Of a DNA stretch of 64,000 nt, positions 29,091 to 43,200 are shown one piece after another; position 1 is the first letter of the stretch; every line of letters begins with the position of its first letter. Position numbers and translations under genes: made by a program. The DNA is from the human T2T-CHM13v2.0 reference genome, Homo sapiens: NCBI RefSeq assembly GCF_009914755.1, contig NC_060927.1; one strand, written 5' to 3'. The notes beneath the pieces were generated by a model. That model was given only the letters and a program-made list of their open reading frames with translations. It ran no database searches and was not told where the DNA came from.

Positions 29091-29407
29091 TTTATTTTAT
29101 ATATATATTTTTTATTATACTTTAAGTTCTAGGGTACATGTGCACAACATGCAGGTTTGTTACATATGTATACATGTGCCATGTTGGTGTGCTGCACCCA
29201 TTAACTCGTTATTTACATTAGGTATATCTCCTAATGCTATCCCTCCCCCCTAACCCCACCCCACAACAGTCCCCGGAGTGTGATGTTCCCCTTCCTGTGT
29301 CCATGTGTTCTCATTGTTCAATTCCCACCAATGAGTGAGAACATGGGGTGTTTGGTTTTTTTGTCCTTGCGATAGTTTGCTGAGAATGTGGATGAAGCTG
29401 GAAACCA
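29091..29407 (-). mobile_element. Short L1PA3/4-like 3' end with a 19-nt 5' inversion
   Basis: Low-divergence L1PA 3'UTR (TTATTATACTTTAAGTTCTAGGGTACATGTGCAC..); TSD CCA(A/G)CTGTGATTTT at 29077-29090 and 29405-29418. Confidence 0.93.
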
Positions 29408-29752
29408 GCTGTGATTTTAATAAGTTTAACTTTTTGAGAATTTATTTATTTCAATTAAACCAAGAAAATTCAAATTAAAATATTAATTGTGTTTCTGAAG
29501 TAAATTAATTACATTAATCACTGGAGGAAAGACATAAAGATGAGTAACATTCAGTTTTTGCCCTTTGAGAGCTTACACTCATCCCAACGGGAAGGACAAA
29601 CAGTTGAAAAAAACCAAACTCCCGAACTTTTTTCAAGTCAAATGAGATAGGTAATTTGACAGATCTATTAACAAAGACATTTAGTAGAACAAAGGGGAAT
29701 CAGGAAACTTTTTACAAATGGGCTATCCTTTGGTATGGACTTTGAAAGTAAG

Positions 29753-30164
29753 TGTGGTGGAGTTTGCTAGCCGCTTACCTAAATCTGTCCTCATTTTCTT
29801 CCTGGGCACATATCTAGACTACATTTCCAACTTCCCTTGCAATTAGATTTGTTCATATAACTGAGTTATATTAATTGGATGGCAACAAGGGTAGGAAGTG
29901 TTATTTTCTGGCCTGGACTATTAGAATATCTTCTTAATGTGGTTTTCCCTACTGCCTAATTGGAATAAAGAGCCCCATAGGGTGACTTGAAAGCTAGAAA
30001 ATTATAGACCCTTCAATGTCCTGAATGCCTGCGTGAAAGAGGGCCAGTCAGTCAATGGATTGCCTACTGAATCCTGTTACATAAGCAAGCAATCAATTTG
30101 GGTTTGAATATGATACATTTGGACATCTATATGTGACAGCAGCTAGCTTACCATAATTGATACA
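29753..30164 (+). mobile_element. Old MaLR LTR (MLT1J-like)
   Basis: TG..CA ends, CTACATTTCCAACTTCCCTTGCA and terminal GACAGCAGCTAGC..GATACA motifs. Confidence 0.65.
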
Positions 30165-30939
30165 GATTGGTAACATTCTAGTAAGTGTTATTAGACATGA
30201 AGTTAAATGACATTATTCTGGTAGAGGAAATAATATGCCTAAAAGAATAAAACTAGAAAAACATGACTCTTATTCATGATGGTCTAGCAGTCCAATTGGG
30301 CTGAAGTATAAGTTGTAAATAGGAAAAAAGTAAAAAGATTGAAAGTGAAGGATTAGGTTGATTGAAAAGAACACTTGGCTATACCAATGCATATATGTTT
30401 TTTCCATTCAAATTCCCGTTTTTCTGTTGCAGTCATAAATTTATCTTTCCATTTGCCCCTTTGTCCCTGGAATGCTTATAACCAAAGCAGATGTCTCAGT
30501 TCTAGCTTTGACTGGTTTTGACTGTTTTCCTTTGTATTGCTGTATCCTGTCTTTCTTTTTCTAGTCTACATATAATGCTGAGTCCGACAAACCATAATCT
30601 AGAGAAATACTTGTACATAATGTTTGCGTGAATATCTAAAAGGCTCCTGGGGTAGAATAGGAAAGTGATTATAGGTATAGAATCAGAATCTATTTTTGTT
30701 TTCTTCTTTTATTTTCCCATTCTCACTTAGAGGTAAGGGTTAAGTTTGAGCTGTATGCATTTTTTTTTCTACTACCCAGTGGGATTTTTAAAAGTCTTTT
30801 TCTCATTTATATGGAGGATCATATACATTTCAGTAGTATTTGCATGGAATGTTTCTACATGATGGCAATTATAAATTATTCCTTTCTGTTTTTCTTCAGC
30901 AGAATATAAATATCAACAGCAAAAACACTACTTAAAATT

Positions 30940-31110
30940 AATATTAGCTCACTTAACCCAAATTACAATCTTACAAGGTAGATACTATTGTTTGCCTCAT
31001 TTTATTGGTAAACTGACACTTTGAGGGAAAGTTAACTTGCTCTAGGTTTCCGAGCTGATAAACAGTAGAGTCATAATTTGAACTCAAGCAGACTACAGAG
31101 CCCCAGCTCA
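30940..31110 (-). mobile_element. MIR fragment
   Basis: Core-like AGGTAGATACTATT..CTCATTTTA..AAACTGA..GTTAACTTGCTC..TTTGAACTCAAGCAG. Confidence 0.65.
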
Positions 31111-31158
31111 GCTCATAAACACAACCCTATGATAGAAACCAGCTACATACACAACAAT

Positions 31159-31511
31159 TGTCTCAGTGCATTTGTGCTGCTAGAACAAAATATCATACAC
31201 TGGGTAATGCATAAACAATAGAAGTGTATTTCTTACAGGTCTGGAAGCTGCGAAGTTCAAGATCAAGGTGACTGTATTTCGATGTCTGGTGAGAGCCTTC
31301 TTCCTGTATTCTCACATGGTGGAAAAACAGAAGGGCAAAAAGGGACCAAACTATTTCCCTCTAGCCCTTTTACAAGGCAGGAATCCATTCATGAGGGCAG
31401 AGCCCTCATGACCTAATTGCCTCTCGAAGAATACTCCCCTTAACACTGATGCATTGGGAATTAAGTTTCAACATGAATTTTGGAGGGGACATAAACATTC
31501 AAACGACAGCA
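31159..31511 (-). mobile_element. MaLR solo LTR (MSTD/MLT1A-like)
   Basis: TGTCTCAGTGCATTTGTGCTGCT..AACATGAATTTTGGAGGGGAC..ACAGCA; TSD (A/G)CAAT. Confidence 0.85.
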
Positions 31512-31649
31512 GCAATCAATTTTCTCCACATTTTCCAGTCCTCTAGAAGGTTTTAGCACTAGTGACTACTTCTGGGAAAAATCTAGAAAGTCATAAGATG
31601 TCATACATTTTCTTTCATTCCTTGCTCTATTAACTGACTGAATGAAGAG

Positions 31650-31826
31650 GATGCAGTGGCAACACAAGGTGCAAGGAACCATGATCCCTGAAGTATATGG
31701 AAAGCCATCTGCCAAATGCCTGATTAGTCCATAAGGAGAGCAAGAAATAAACCTTTATTGTGTTAAGCACTGATAATTCTGAGTTATTTATTACAGCAGC
31801 TAACATTAATTGCTTGGATAATTGCA
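31650..31826 (+). mobile_element. MLT1 LTR 3' fragment
   Basis: AGAAATAAACCTTTATTGTGTTAAGCACTGA..TTACAGCAGC. Confidence 0.55.
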
Positions 31827-33017
31827 CTGTTTATATCTAATGAGAACAATTTAAAATTTGAGGACTAATCTTCAGCATGTTTTGTTTAGCTTTCTGATTT
31901 TTCTTGTCCTGTGTCATTTTACCAGTTATTTCCTTGTTCATATCTTCAGTTAGCATGTTTTTATTCCCAAGAATATCCTCTAGGAAAAAAATCTTTTGGT
32001 TCTACATCATATGTGCTTTGATCAATTTTCCATTAACTACTATCTCATTTGAATTACCCACATAAAGCTTCCTTACTCCAAACATCTGTCTGTGAACCAC
32101 TGAGTTAGAATCTACTTCCAATATCTGATTCTTTAAATTCTACACATGTAATTCTGGTTTGATCTTAAAATCCTATAATAACTTCTAGAAATTACAAACT
32201 ATAACTACCACAAAAATTTTAGTTTTTAATTATATTTCTACCTTTTCTTCTACTTATCTTCCTTTTAGTAGCTTTTAATGATACATTACATGGAAATAGT
32301 GGTGAAACTAGAACTGCTTGTCAGAACTAGTTTCTACAAACTAGAACCTCAGAGAGTAAATGAATCTCACATGCATTCTTTTATAAACACACAGAAATGC
32401 AAGCAATTTGTTCATTGAACTCTTCATTTGCAGGAGTAATTAAAAAACACACATACAAAAAAAAGACCAAATAAAAAAAAATGGCAGGTGCTCTAGGCCA
32501 CATGCTCTAATCTCCATTTGCCCTAACTTTCCCCATAAGAATATAGTAATTCATGCAAAGCTGAATTAGAATCTTCTTAATGCATACATACATTGTAAGT
32601 ATTAAGTATTTAAAAATGCAATACTGCTAGTCTTCTAATTTCAATTACACAAGGTACAAGGCAATTTAACCTTTCAGAGATAATCCTATCTACTTTGAAT
32701 AATAGGAAATTTGGAGTTACAAAACACATAAGCTAAAAATCAGAGATGTAACTGTAATGCAAATAACATAATAATTATTATAATAGAGGAATGCACAGTG
32801 ATGTGATAGCCCCAAAGAAGGAGCATTGGAGAATAATCTAGTGGGTTGCATAGCAATTTTCCATGCAGAATGAGAAGAAAATATGTCTAGGTTTGAAGTA
32901 TAAAGAGTGTTGTTAGGAAAATAGAAAAAAGGCTGATGATAATCAAAGTTTACGGCCCATGTGAAGTATCAGAAAATTAGGCTACAAACTACGTAGAGGG
33001 ATAAATTTGTGAAGGCT

Positions 33018-34122
33018 TGTAGTAGCAGGTGCTACCAGTTCCCTACCCAGATCTCCTTCCCCTTACTGGCATCCCCCAGCAAATGTTAGTGTTGGCCTCC
33101 AACAACTAATTGCTACACTCTTCTCAGAAGAACTGTCCCCTGGTCTAAAAGACTCACCTTTCTCATTGATGCTTTGGAGGTTACTCCTAGGGGCTGGCCC
33201 ATTGTCAGTGACTGATGTGGGGTAGAAAGGAATGCATGGCCCCTTGGTCTTGTGTGAATGATTCTGTAGTGATATTCATGTTCTAGTGGTCTGTGTTTTT
33301 CAGGATTTGATCAGACAACTGATCATTTTTAGTTGTCTGGAATAAGTAATTTTGCATTAGACCTAAGAAATTGTGAAAGATCATGAAGTAGTCTAAGGAA
33401 GACAGTTGCCTCTGCATCTGGTGGTAGATTGAAGTTGTTAAAACTCACCAGAGTGGCTGTTAGTAAGAAGTTAGACATAAAGAACAAACTGGAGCTCACT
33501 AAGGCAGGCTGGAACCAAGGAACACAAACTGCAACCTGTGTCTGTCTCCCTCTGACTCCAATCATGATAATGTAACTGATCTGTCGATGAAGCTGGAGAC
33601 CAACACCAGGAAGGTCTCTGCACATTCATCTGATCCAGAACTTAGGGAACTGAAGGAAGAAATCAAATGAGAGCATGGAACCAGCTGCTGTCTCCACTAG
33701 GCCTGTGAGCCACAAGATCAGCAATAACGGGAGCTATCTGCAACAGCATCTTGCGCCCTTCACTGACCTGCAGGGTAGAATGGCTGTTACTTACCTCTGC
33801 CTTCTAAATTTTATGCAGATATCACTTGTAGCCAATGATAAACCGAGAGATATAAAGGGGAGAGGATTCTGGAAAATGTAGTTTCAACTTAACTATGTTG
33901 ATACAGTACAGAATGACGACAAGCTCCCCATAGTATCAGCTGAACACATAACTTTACTTAGACGTTACACAGACTTCAACTCAGCACACATCCTACTTTG
34001 ATTCTTCTTCCACCTATTTTGCTTCCCAGATATCCACAATTCATGTGAAAGCATCACATTAGCAAATCCCTTACACGAGAATTCTGTCTTGGTCTCTGCT
34101 TCTAGATAACCCAACCTAAAGT
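33018..34122 (+). mobile_element. Old ERVL LTR (LTR16-like), apparently interrupted by an antisense MLT2-like LTR (~33330-33915)
   Basis: LTR16-like start and end CTCTGCTTCTAG..AACCCAACCTAA; inner piece ends GGATTCTGGAAAATGTAGTT..GTTGATACA; approximate. Confidence 0.5.
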
Positions 34123-34434
34123 GCCCCTCATCATGATAATGAATTGTGACTCTATTTCATAGGCAACAGGGAGATATTGATACCTATTTTTGTTCATTGG
34201 TGATAAACTTATTAGATAGGTGACACAGGATAATCAACGAACCAAGATGCCAAGGGTTTTAAAATGCGCTAATAAAATACTGCTAATTAAAATATAAAGC
34301 AATGCTTTCTGATTACTAACAATTATTAAATTTGCTAAAAGAGCTATTTATTTTTTAAATTAAGTAAACAGATTTTTATTATAAATTGGTATCACATTTA
34401 TCAGTATCACGTTTGTGGATACATTAAAAAGGAT

Positions 34435-34735
34435 TTTTTTTTAATTTTTATTTTTAGAGACAGGATGTCACTCTGTTGCCCAGGCTGGAGTGCAGTGGCA
34501 TAATCGTAGCTCACTATAGCCTCAAACTCCTGGGCTCAAGTGATCTTCCTGCCCCAGGCTCCACAGTAGCTGGGACAGGTGTACCATCACGCCTGGCTAA
34601 ATTTTTAAAACTTTTTTGTAGAGATGGGGGTCTCGCTATGTTGCCTAGAATGGTCTCAAACTCCTGGCTTCAAGCAATTCTCCTGCCTCAGCCTCCCAAA
34701 GCACTGGGATTATAGGTATGATCACAACATTGGCC
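34435..34735 (-). mobile_element. AluJ
   Basis: Reverse dimer with J-type features (CATAATCGTAGCTCAC, AACTCCTGGGCTCAAG). Confidence 0.9.
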
Positions 34736-37104
34736 AAACAAAAAATATTATAATAAAAATAAATGGATTAAGTTATTTTCAAAACTTCCTCCTAATAAGT
34801 ATCTAAATATTGAGTTATTTCTCAACTTAGAATGGTCAATGTCTATAATTTTATACACCAAATCTTCCTCTATGCCATCAAGAATATTGATAATACATTT
34901 CTTAAAGAATTGATGAAAGAACTAAAAGTCATTAGTGCTCAAGAGCTAAGTTTGCAGTCATGTAAAACTAGTTTACTTTTGACTTCCTTTTTAGGAATGT
35001 TGTTCCACAATTTTTCCTGAGATTTTTTTTTTAATGTCACCAACACCCATGCAAGTTATGATACTGAGACACTTGACTTTCAGATAGACACTAATAAATA
35101 AACTCATTATGACTGCCACCTGGCTGATGGTGATTGTAAAAAGTATTCTGATTTCAAATAACCTAAAGTATGAAAAATTGTTTACTTAGAACCAATCAAT
35201 ACACTGTGGTACCTGAAGATGAGTTGAAGGTGGATAGACAATAATTAGGATAACTGGCTAAGTGGCATTTGTGTTAATCCCAGCAAAAAATATTAATCAC
35301 CAATACCAGAACATAAACAGTGGCGATGAGAAGGGATTTGAATTACATTTAGGAGACAAAACTAGTGGGATATTTAGTAAAAAATATTTCTCTGTGAAGA
35401 TGCTATTCACAAATTTATATTAAGTGTCCCAGAAATGATTTTGCATCAAATTCAAATGGATATACAAATGTGTATGTATATAAAGGCTGATACTCATTAT
35501 CATAAAATTTGAAGTACTTTTAATAATTTTAGAGTTCTTGATGAATTTGTATATTTATACAGATTCCATTGACTCTGCTGCCCATATTAGGGTATCATTC
35601 TGACTACAAAAAGAGTAACTCCCATTCAACTGATTTCCATCTATTAATTACACAGTGATGTCGGACCTTAGTTTCTGGCCATGCTCCTATTCACAAATAA
35701 CTTAGAGAGTTTCATTTTAAACAATATGCTCATGAGATATGATAATACTTTGCAATTCAGTACAAAATTGTTTTCCTATTCAGTTACTGGTTTAGATTTA
35801 TTCTCTTCCACCTCATGATTAAACAGACAAATTGTACCATAAATATCCCTATTATTTTTTCTTGCTATGCCTTTCAGTGGGCTAAAGAAAACATCTTATT
35901 TGCATTAGCAATATCTCCAGATGCATGTATATGTCTGATATCAACAATGAAGCACATCCTTGGCATTAGTTATTTTAATATTTTTACCATAATTAAATTG
36001 TAACTTCAGAATTCCAAAGACAGTAATTGTTGTGGAATATACCTCAAGCAGATCATTTGACTAAGGCCTAATTTTATTGGCAGTATTCATTCCTAAAACT
36101 TTTTTTAAGTTACTTATAACTTGCTTATTTTACACACTGCTTCACCATACATTTTAATGTAAAATATTATTCTTTGGAGAAATTGCATGATCAAAATTTT
36201 AAGCACAAGATTTATTGCTGGTTAATATATTGAAACAGAATGAAAACTTAGATCTCTGCTTATCCTCTCACATCACTTATGCTTACAACCTCTAGGTGAG
36301 GCCAGTAGATAGTCACAATATCAAATTAAATTTAAGCAGAATAAAACCTCATCTTTGGAATTTGTCAGTTCTTACAATTAACTTTTTCACTTGGTTTCAA
36401 AAATAAACTGTATATGTAACATCTGTAAAGAATCAATTTTCACCTGTGTGCACATGTATCTGTAATGCATATACTTATGTAAATGTTTTAAACTATCATA
36501 GAAACTTCAAACATACCTAAAAGAAGAGCAAATAATGTAATAAAATTTTGTATTTTCATCTTTCAGCTTCAGCAATTATCAACATTTAGTCATTTATATT
36601 TTAATACAATGACAGTTTCTACTGCAGCTATTAACCACAACTACCATTTGAAGACTAGTATTATGTGCCAATGTTTCACGTGAAGGTCTTAGTTTTCTGC
36701 AGTAGAAATAAGCTGGCTAATTTAAGTAGAAAATAACTTTATTTAATAGAAATAAATAATCTAGAAAAGGATCATAACATTCTTGAGGATAAGATATTCA
36801 GGAGCACCACTGAAAATCATGATAAAGCTTTCTTAAGTGCCACAGGAAATTAGGTGTAGCTTTTGCCTCTGCTACAACATTCACCAAATACAACTGACAT
36901 AGACATTTAATTTATAACCACTAGTTCCAGTGATGTAATTAACAGCATCTAATACACGTCTATCCATAACTGCGACAGAGATTAGAAAAACAGGTAGCTG
37001 GCTTCTATGGTGAGAGGTGGTCTAAGAATCACAGAGTAGGATATTTCTCAAATATAGAAAGGGGAACAGATGCTGGAAATTCAACATTGAACAATAACCA
37101 CTTC

Positions 37105-37322
37105 AATCAGGCATCAGGCACTGGGCTAATTTCAATAAAAATGCATGTAAAATGTTTAGCCCAGTATTTAGCCTATAAGTTAGTCTCTCTCATTGTTCTC
37201 ACTTCAGAGATAAAGTAATTTCAGTTAATTAACTTGCCCAGTGTTATGCAACCATTAAATAATGGAACACGGATACCAACAAAAATCTGGCTAATCCAAA
37301 GTCTGTGTGCTAAACACTGCAC
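37105..37322 (-). mobile_element. MIR/L2 fragments
   Basis: AGGCACTGGGCTAA, TTAACTTGCCCA, TGGCT..CCAAAGTCTGTGTGCTAAACACTGCAC. Confidence 0.45.
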
Positions 37323-37694
37323 TATTTTTTAATTGAGAGTATTTACAAAAGCCATTTATTTCAATCAAATTATAATGTTACAATAAGACAGTGAAGGTCA
37401 ATAGCTTGTCCAAAGGCATAACACCAGCAACTTCAGACAACCTTTACAGCAGATCAGACTATCTGATAGGATTTTGATGTACGATGATGCTTTTATAATA
37501 GTGTTTACTGTCTATTGATTGTGGTGATTGTGGTAAAGCTGGCATCCCTAAATTCAGAGTCTATCTTCACTATTAAATTAAATATCTAAAATACTCAGCA
37601 TATCAGAACTGTAAATGACACAGATATAATGTCTAAACAAACAATCAAAACTCAGAACTCTATACAAAGAGATAGAAATGTTAATGGAACTTAC

Positions 37695-37791
37695 CCAGAG
37701 ATTGACAGTAGGCAAAACACCCATCACTTCCCAAGGAAGAACACCTTGATTTGTTGCTGCATTTGTTTGAAATCAATCTGAGACATTCAGG
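37695..37791 (-). other. Candidate 97-nt spliced exon (probably non-coding)
   Basis: Acceptor TTCTTTATTGAATTGTTGTTCCTTTCAG|C with ~45 nt AG-free zone; donor TGG|GTAAGT; apparently non-repeat sequence. Confidence 0.35.
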
Positions 37792-39242
37792 CTGAAAGGA
37801 ACAACAATTCAATAAAGAATCAACACAATTAAATGAAGTTATATTTCACTTGAAATTATGCCAAGGGCCTTTCACATTCCAGTGCTCGCATACTGTAGAC
37901 ATATATTGGCAAAACATATATATGAAAGCATAGGAGAATGGAGACTTACATAAAAATTGGGATACAAATAGCAAATTATCTGAAAATATATTTTATGCCT
38001 AATAAATTTCTATTTCCAAAAATACATATAAAAGATGTACTTATTCTAGGTTCTTGAAGGACCATGAAATGAAAGAAAGCTAAGAAGATTTTAAATATAT
38101 TTTTCTATTTACTTACAAACTTGTTAATGTCATATTGTTATATATTTACATGTTTTGTACCTATGCAATTACTTCCCTAGGAGGAAAATATTCCTAGAAA
38201 TGGAATTTTGAGGTATAGAGGAATGCATTTAAGCCTTTTGGAAAATTGTTCCATCATGCCATGTAGAATTATATAAAACTACAATGTAATAGTTGTATAT
38301 AAAAATGTCCATTATTTAACACTTTACTTCATTGGTGTTTTTTAAAATAATAATTAAAAATACGCTTTAAATAAATAGTTATTTGATTTATATTGAGGAA
38401 AAATATTTATATCTAATGGTATTTATTTTACAATTTTGAATTGCCTGTTCATGTTGTTTCCTATTGTATTGGAGTACTTGTCTATTTTAAATTGCTGTGT
38501 AAGATCATTTTGTGGATCATGAAATATAATAATACATTGCAACATATTCTCCCCTCTTTACATGTTATTCGTTTATTTATTTATGTACTTACTTTCTTAT
38601 TTATTTTGGTGTAAACATGTTTTAAACATGTGTTCAATTCTCGTATTTTCTCATAAAAGATTCTGTTATTGATACCACAATTAGAAATGTTTTCCCTGAC
38701 TTGTATGTTATATAAATATTCACTCATAATTTCTTCATACATTATTTTGTGTGTTCATTTCACCACAGACTACTTTAATTTTTCTGAAATTCATTTTTGA
38801 GTTGTATATTCATTTTGCATATTGTATATATTACATTTTTCCAACGTTTGGCCATTTGTATGTCCATCCTAATTTGAAATGAAAGTAACGAGTTTTAGTA
38901 TATCTATTCATATATACTTGCCTTTTTTTCCTTATTTCTTATTGTGCTTTAATGATCTCCTTTTGTTTTCACATATCAAGATATTATTCCGTCATTGTAA
39001 CTTTATACAATTGATTAAAGTAAATAATTGTTATGTATTTTAATTTCTTGTATTTTCTATATTTGTTGGCATTATAAATAGGAATTTTATTTATATTGAA
39101 GATTCAGGGTTTTTTGATTTACCATTGTTTACATATGCATAATAAAATTGTCATAATGAAATTGTCATTTTCTTTCAAAAAGTTTGTAATATTTTTATCT
39201 TGTTCAGGTAGATAATCTTATTATATAAAAATATTGATTATA

Positions 39243-39548
39243 GGCTGGGCGCGGAGGCTCACGCCTATAATCCCAGCACTTTGGGAGGCCAAGGCGGGCG
39301 GATCATGAGGTCAGGAGATCAAGACCATCCTGGCTAACACGGTGAAACCCCGTCTCTACTAAAAATACAAAAAATTAGCCGGGCGTGGTGGCGGGCGCCT
39401 GCAGTCCAGCTACTCAGGAGGCTGAGGCAGGAGAATGGCGTGAACCCGGGAGGCGGAGCTTGCAGTGAGCCGAGATCGTGCCACTGCACTCCAGCGTGGG
39501 CGACAGAGCGAGACTCCGTCTCAAAAAAAAAAAATAAAAAAAATAATA

Positions 39549-39577
<29 letters not shown>
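39243..39577 (+). mobile_element. AluY with A-tail running into (TA)n
   Basis: CpG-rich, Y diagnostics (ACCATCCTGGCTAACACGG, GAATGGCGTGAACCCGGGAGGCGGAGCTTG). Confidence 0.95.
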
Positions 39578-39580
<3 letters not shown>

Positions 39581-39917
39581 AATTGACTCACTTTTTTAAC
39601 CTCATTGGTTCACACTTCCAGAATTATGTAAGATCAAGGCAGTGATAATGGCTACACTTGTCTTATTTTTGTTTCAAATGTAATGCTTCTAGTCTAGTGT
39701 ATTGTAATTAAATGGTCTGAAGGCTTTCAATATTTCTACAATGAAAATAAAACATGTTTACATTTCAGTTTTATAGAGTTCTAATATTTAGGAATTGGAT
39801 TTTAAATATTATCAAATATTCTGTCTACCTAAGCTTTTCACTTATGATAATTTATATTAAAAGATTTCCTAATATTAAACATTATTTCATTTCTTAAATG
39901 TACTGTACTAGTAACAC

Positions 39918-40210
39918 TTTTTTTTTTTGAGATGGAGTCTCGCCCTGTCCCCCAGGCTGGAGTGCAATGGTGCAATCTCAACTCACTGCAACCTCCACCT
40001 CCTGGTTCAAACAATTCTCCTGCCTCAGCCTCCCAAATAGCTGGGATTACAGGCACCCACTGCCATGTCCAGCTGATTTTTGTATTCTTAGTAGAGACAG
40101 GGTTTCACCATGTTGGCCAGTCTGGTCTCGAACTCCTGACCTCATGATCCACCCACCTCAGCCTCCCACCTCAGTGCCGGGATTACAGGTGTGAGCCACC
40201 ACACCCAGCC
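39918..40210 (-). mobile_element. AluS (Sg-like)
   Basis: Reverse dimer; TSD ACTAGTA(A)CACTTT. Confidence 0.92.
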
Positions 40211-43200
40211 ACTAGTACACTTTAAAAATATACCTTTGGATTTAGTTTGCTAGCATTTATTTTTAAAGTAAGCATCTGTATTAATAGTTAATAGTTTAGC
40301 CTTTCTTCAGGCTTTTATTTTTATTGATTGAGGATGGCTTCCAACATGCATCTTCAGCTTATTACAGTAAAATTTCAAATAATATTATAGTCCTTTATGT
40401 ACAGTGTCAGAAACTTCCAGCAGTTATATTTTTTTTTCTATCACAACTTTTGGGATATAAACCACACCATATGTTCTTAATAGATTGTCAATTATCTTTT
40501 AACATTAATACAAATAAGAAAACTTTATTTCAGATTGAAAATTATTTTTACTATTTCTGGTGAATTTTATTACATGGATACAGGTTTCCATCTGATACTA
40601 CATTCCTTCTGCTTGAAAGAATTTCTTGTAATGTCATAATGAAGTTTTATTTCAAATATATTATCTTTTATTTCTCTGAAAAAGTCTTTTTTTACATTCA
40701 AATTTAAGAGAGATTTTTTATTGGGGATAGAATTCTGGGTTGACAGCTTTATTTTTCATTCAGTATCTTGAAGTTGTTCCATTGTCTCTCTTTTGCATTG
40801 TTTCAGATAAAAAAGTCTTTTGTAATTTTTTGTTTTTCCAAATACACTGTTATTTTTATACTGCCTTTAAGATTGCTTACTGGGCATTGATTTTCTACCA
40901 GTTTGACTATGTTATATCTAAGTATGCTTTTGTTTTGGTTTTTCTATATTCTGGTTGGTGTCCTCTGGGCTTTTTGTGGTTTGTTGCTGTTTCATTGATT
41001 TTGAAAAATGCTTGCTTTTTTTCACTTCAAATATTTCTTCTGCCCCATCATCTGTCTCTTCTATTTTTGGAATTTTAATTCCATATATACAACTGTCACA
41101 CAGTTCTAATATTCTTTTCTTTAAATCTTTCTTCTTCTTTTGTTGTACTTTGAACAATTTATATTGGCATATCTTTAAGTGTACTGATTATGTCTCCAGT
41201 TCTGTTTAGTCTGCTATTAAAGAACATTTTACCCTTGACATTGTGCTTTGTTTTTCTAGTATTTCTATTTGCTAGATCTACTGGAATTTCTCATTTTTAT
41301 AGTTTTTAATTTATCATCCAAAATTCTGTTTATCCATGTTGTCTAACATTTCTACTAAGTCTCTTAAATTTAATTATAGTTATTCAGGTTATACAGTTAT
41401 TATTTTCTTGATTCTGTATTCTCTTCCATTTGTCTATTTGCCTATCCCTGTGTCACTGACACATTCTTTTAATTTTGATAGGTTTAAATACATCTAAACA
41501 TTGACCAGTATACAAGTACTTCTAGGATTTTGATAAAGCTTATGTTGAATCTTTAATGTTTAAAACTTGACATTTTTAGTTCATTCAGCTTTATGATCTA
41601 TAAACACAATACTTTCCTCCATTTGTTTATATAGTCAGTGATATCTCTCATAGTTTTTGGTACTGTTTTGTGTAGACATCTTAAATATCTTTTGCTAAAT
41701 TAACTACTAGATATTTAATTTTTAATACTATAGTAGTATTATATTTTCTATTTATTTTTTCAATATATAAAAATCAAAATTAATTTTGTATATTGACTTT
41801 GTCACCAGCAATCTTAGTGAAATCACTTATAAATTCTATTAGTTTTCTTATAGATTATTTTGTGACTCTAATAAAATAAATTAGTAATTATTCTGTCCTT
41901 TTTTTATTCTGTGGAAAGATTTCTTCTAAGATTAATAAAGTTTCTTCCTTCAATTTTTGAAAGAATTTACCAGAGAAGCTATCTGAGCTTGGACATTCAG
42001 CTTTTCATACTGAAAATAAATTTAATAATGTATTTATTTAATATGTGTGGGAATATTTATATTTTCTGTCTTTTCTTGTTTTAGTATTCACAAAGTATAT
42101 TTTTTCCTAAAATTTTGCCCTTTTTGACAGAATTGTCTAATTTACTAGCATAAAGATATTTTATGTACTATCTTTTTTACCATATTCATAGAATCTGTAG
42201 TAATGTCTCTTTTTTCACCCATGATATTAGTAATTTGTGTTTTCTCTTTTTTCCTGATCACTATTCCTAAGGAATTATTGATTTTATTAATAGTTTTACT
42301 AAATCAAGTTTTATCTTTGTTATCTATTGTATGAGAGAGAGAGATAGAGAGAAACAGCTAGAAAGAGAAAAATAAAATTAATTTTAGCAATAGTCTTTAT
42401 TATTTTCCTCATTCTACTTCTGAATTGGATTGGATATTCACTTGCTAATTCTTGAAACAGAAGCTTACATAACTGGTTTCAGATTTTTATCTTCTTAAAA
42501 TTTATACATAGAATACTATAAGTTTCCTTCTAAGCAATGTTTCAGCTGAATCACACAAATTTTTATATGTTATATTCTCTTTAATATTAAGGTTTAAATA
42601 TTATCTAGTTACCATTTTGATTTCCTCTTTAGCTTATATCTACATATCTAGAGAATCATATAATATATGAAATCAATAATATAAAATTATATTGCTTAAT
42701 TTCCAAGCAGTTGAGGATTTATCTTTAGCTTGATTTCTAGTTTAATTTTATAATGTCCAAGAAGGGTCTCTAAATAATTTCAATACCTTGAAATTTGTTA
42801 AATGACATAAGGTCAATATCAGAAAATGTTATATATTCCCGTGAAAAGAATACATGTTCTTTCATTGTGTTGAAATATTTTATATATGCTAATTAGGTCA
42901 AATGTGTTAATTGTATTATTCAGGTCTTACAAATATATATTTAACTTTCTCTCTACTTGTTTTAACAGTTGGTGAAATAAACATATTAAATGTTCCCACT
43001 ATGATTGTGATTTAGCTATTCCTTTATTGAAATATTTCAGCTTTTTTTTTGCTATATTTTGGGGCTATATTACAGGCTATTCACATTTAGATTTAAGGTG
43101 TCTTCCTTTTTAACTTCTACATTATTGTGAAATGACAAGGGGACTTCAAAAAGTTCATAGAAAATTGAATTAAAATATAAAAATGAAAACAACCTTTATT

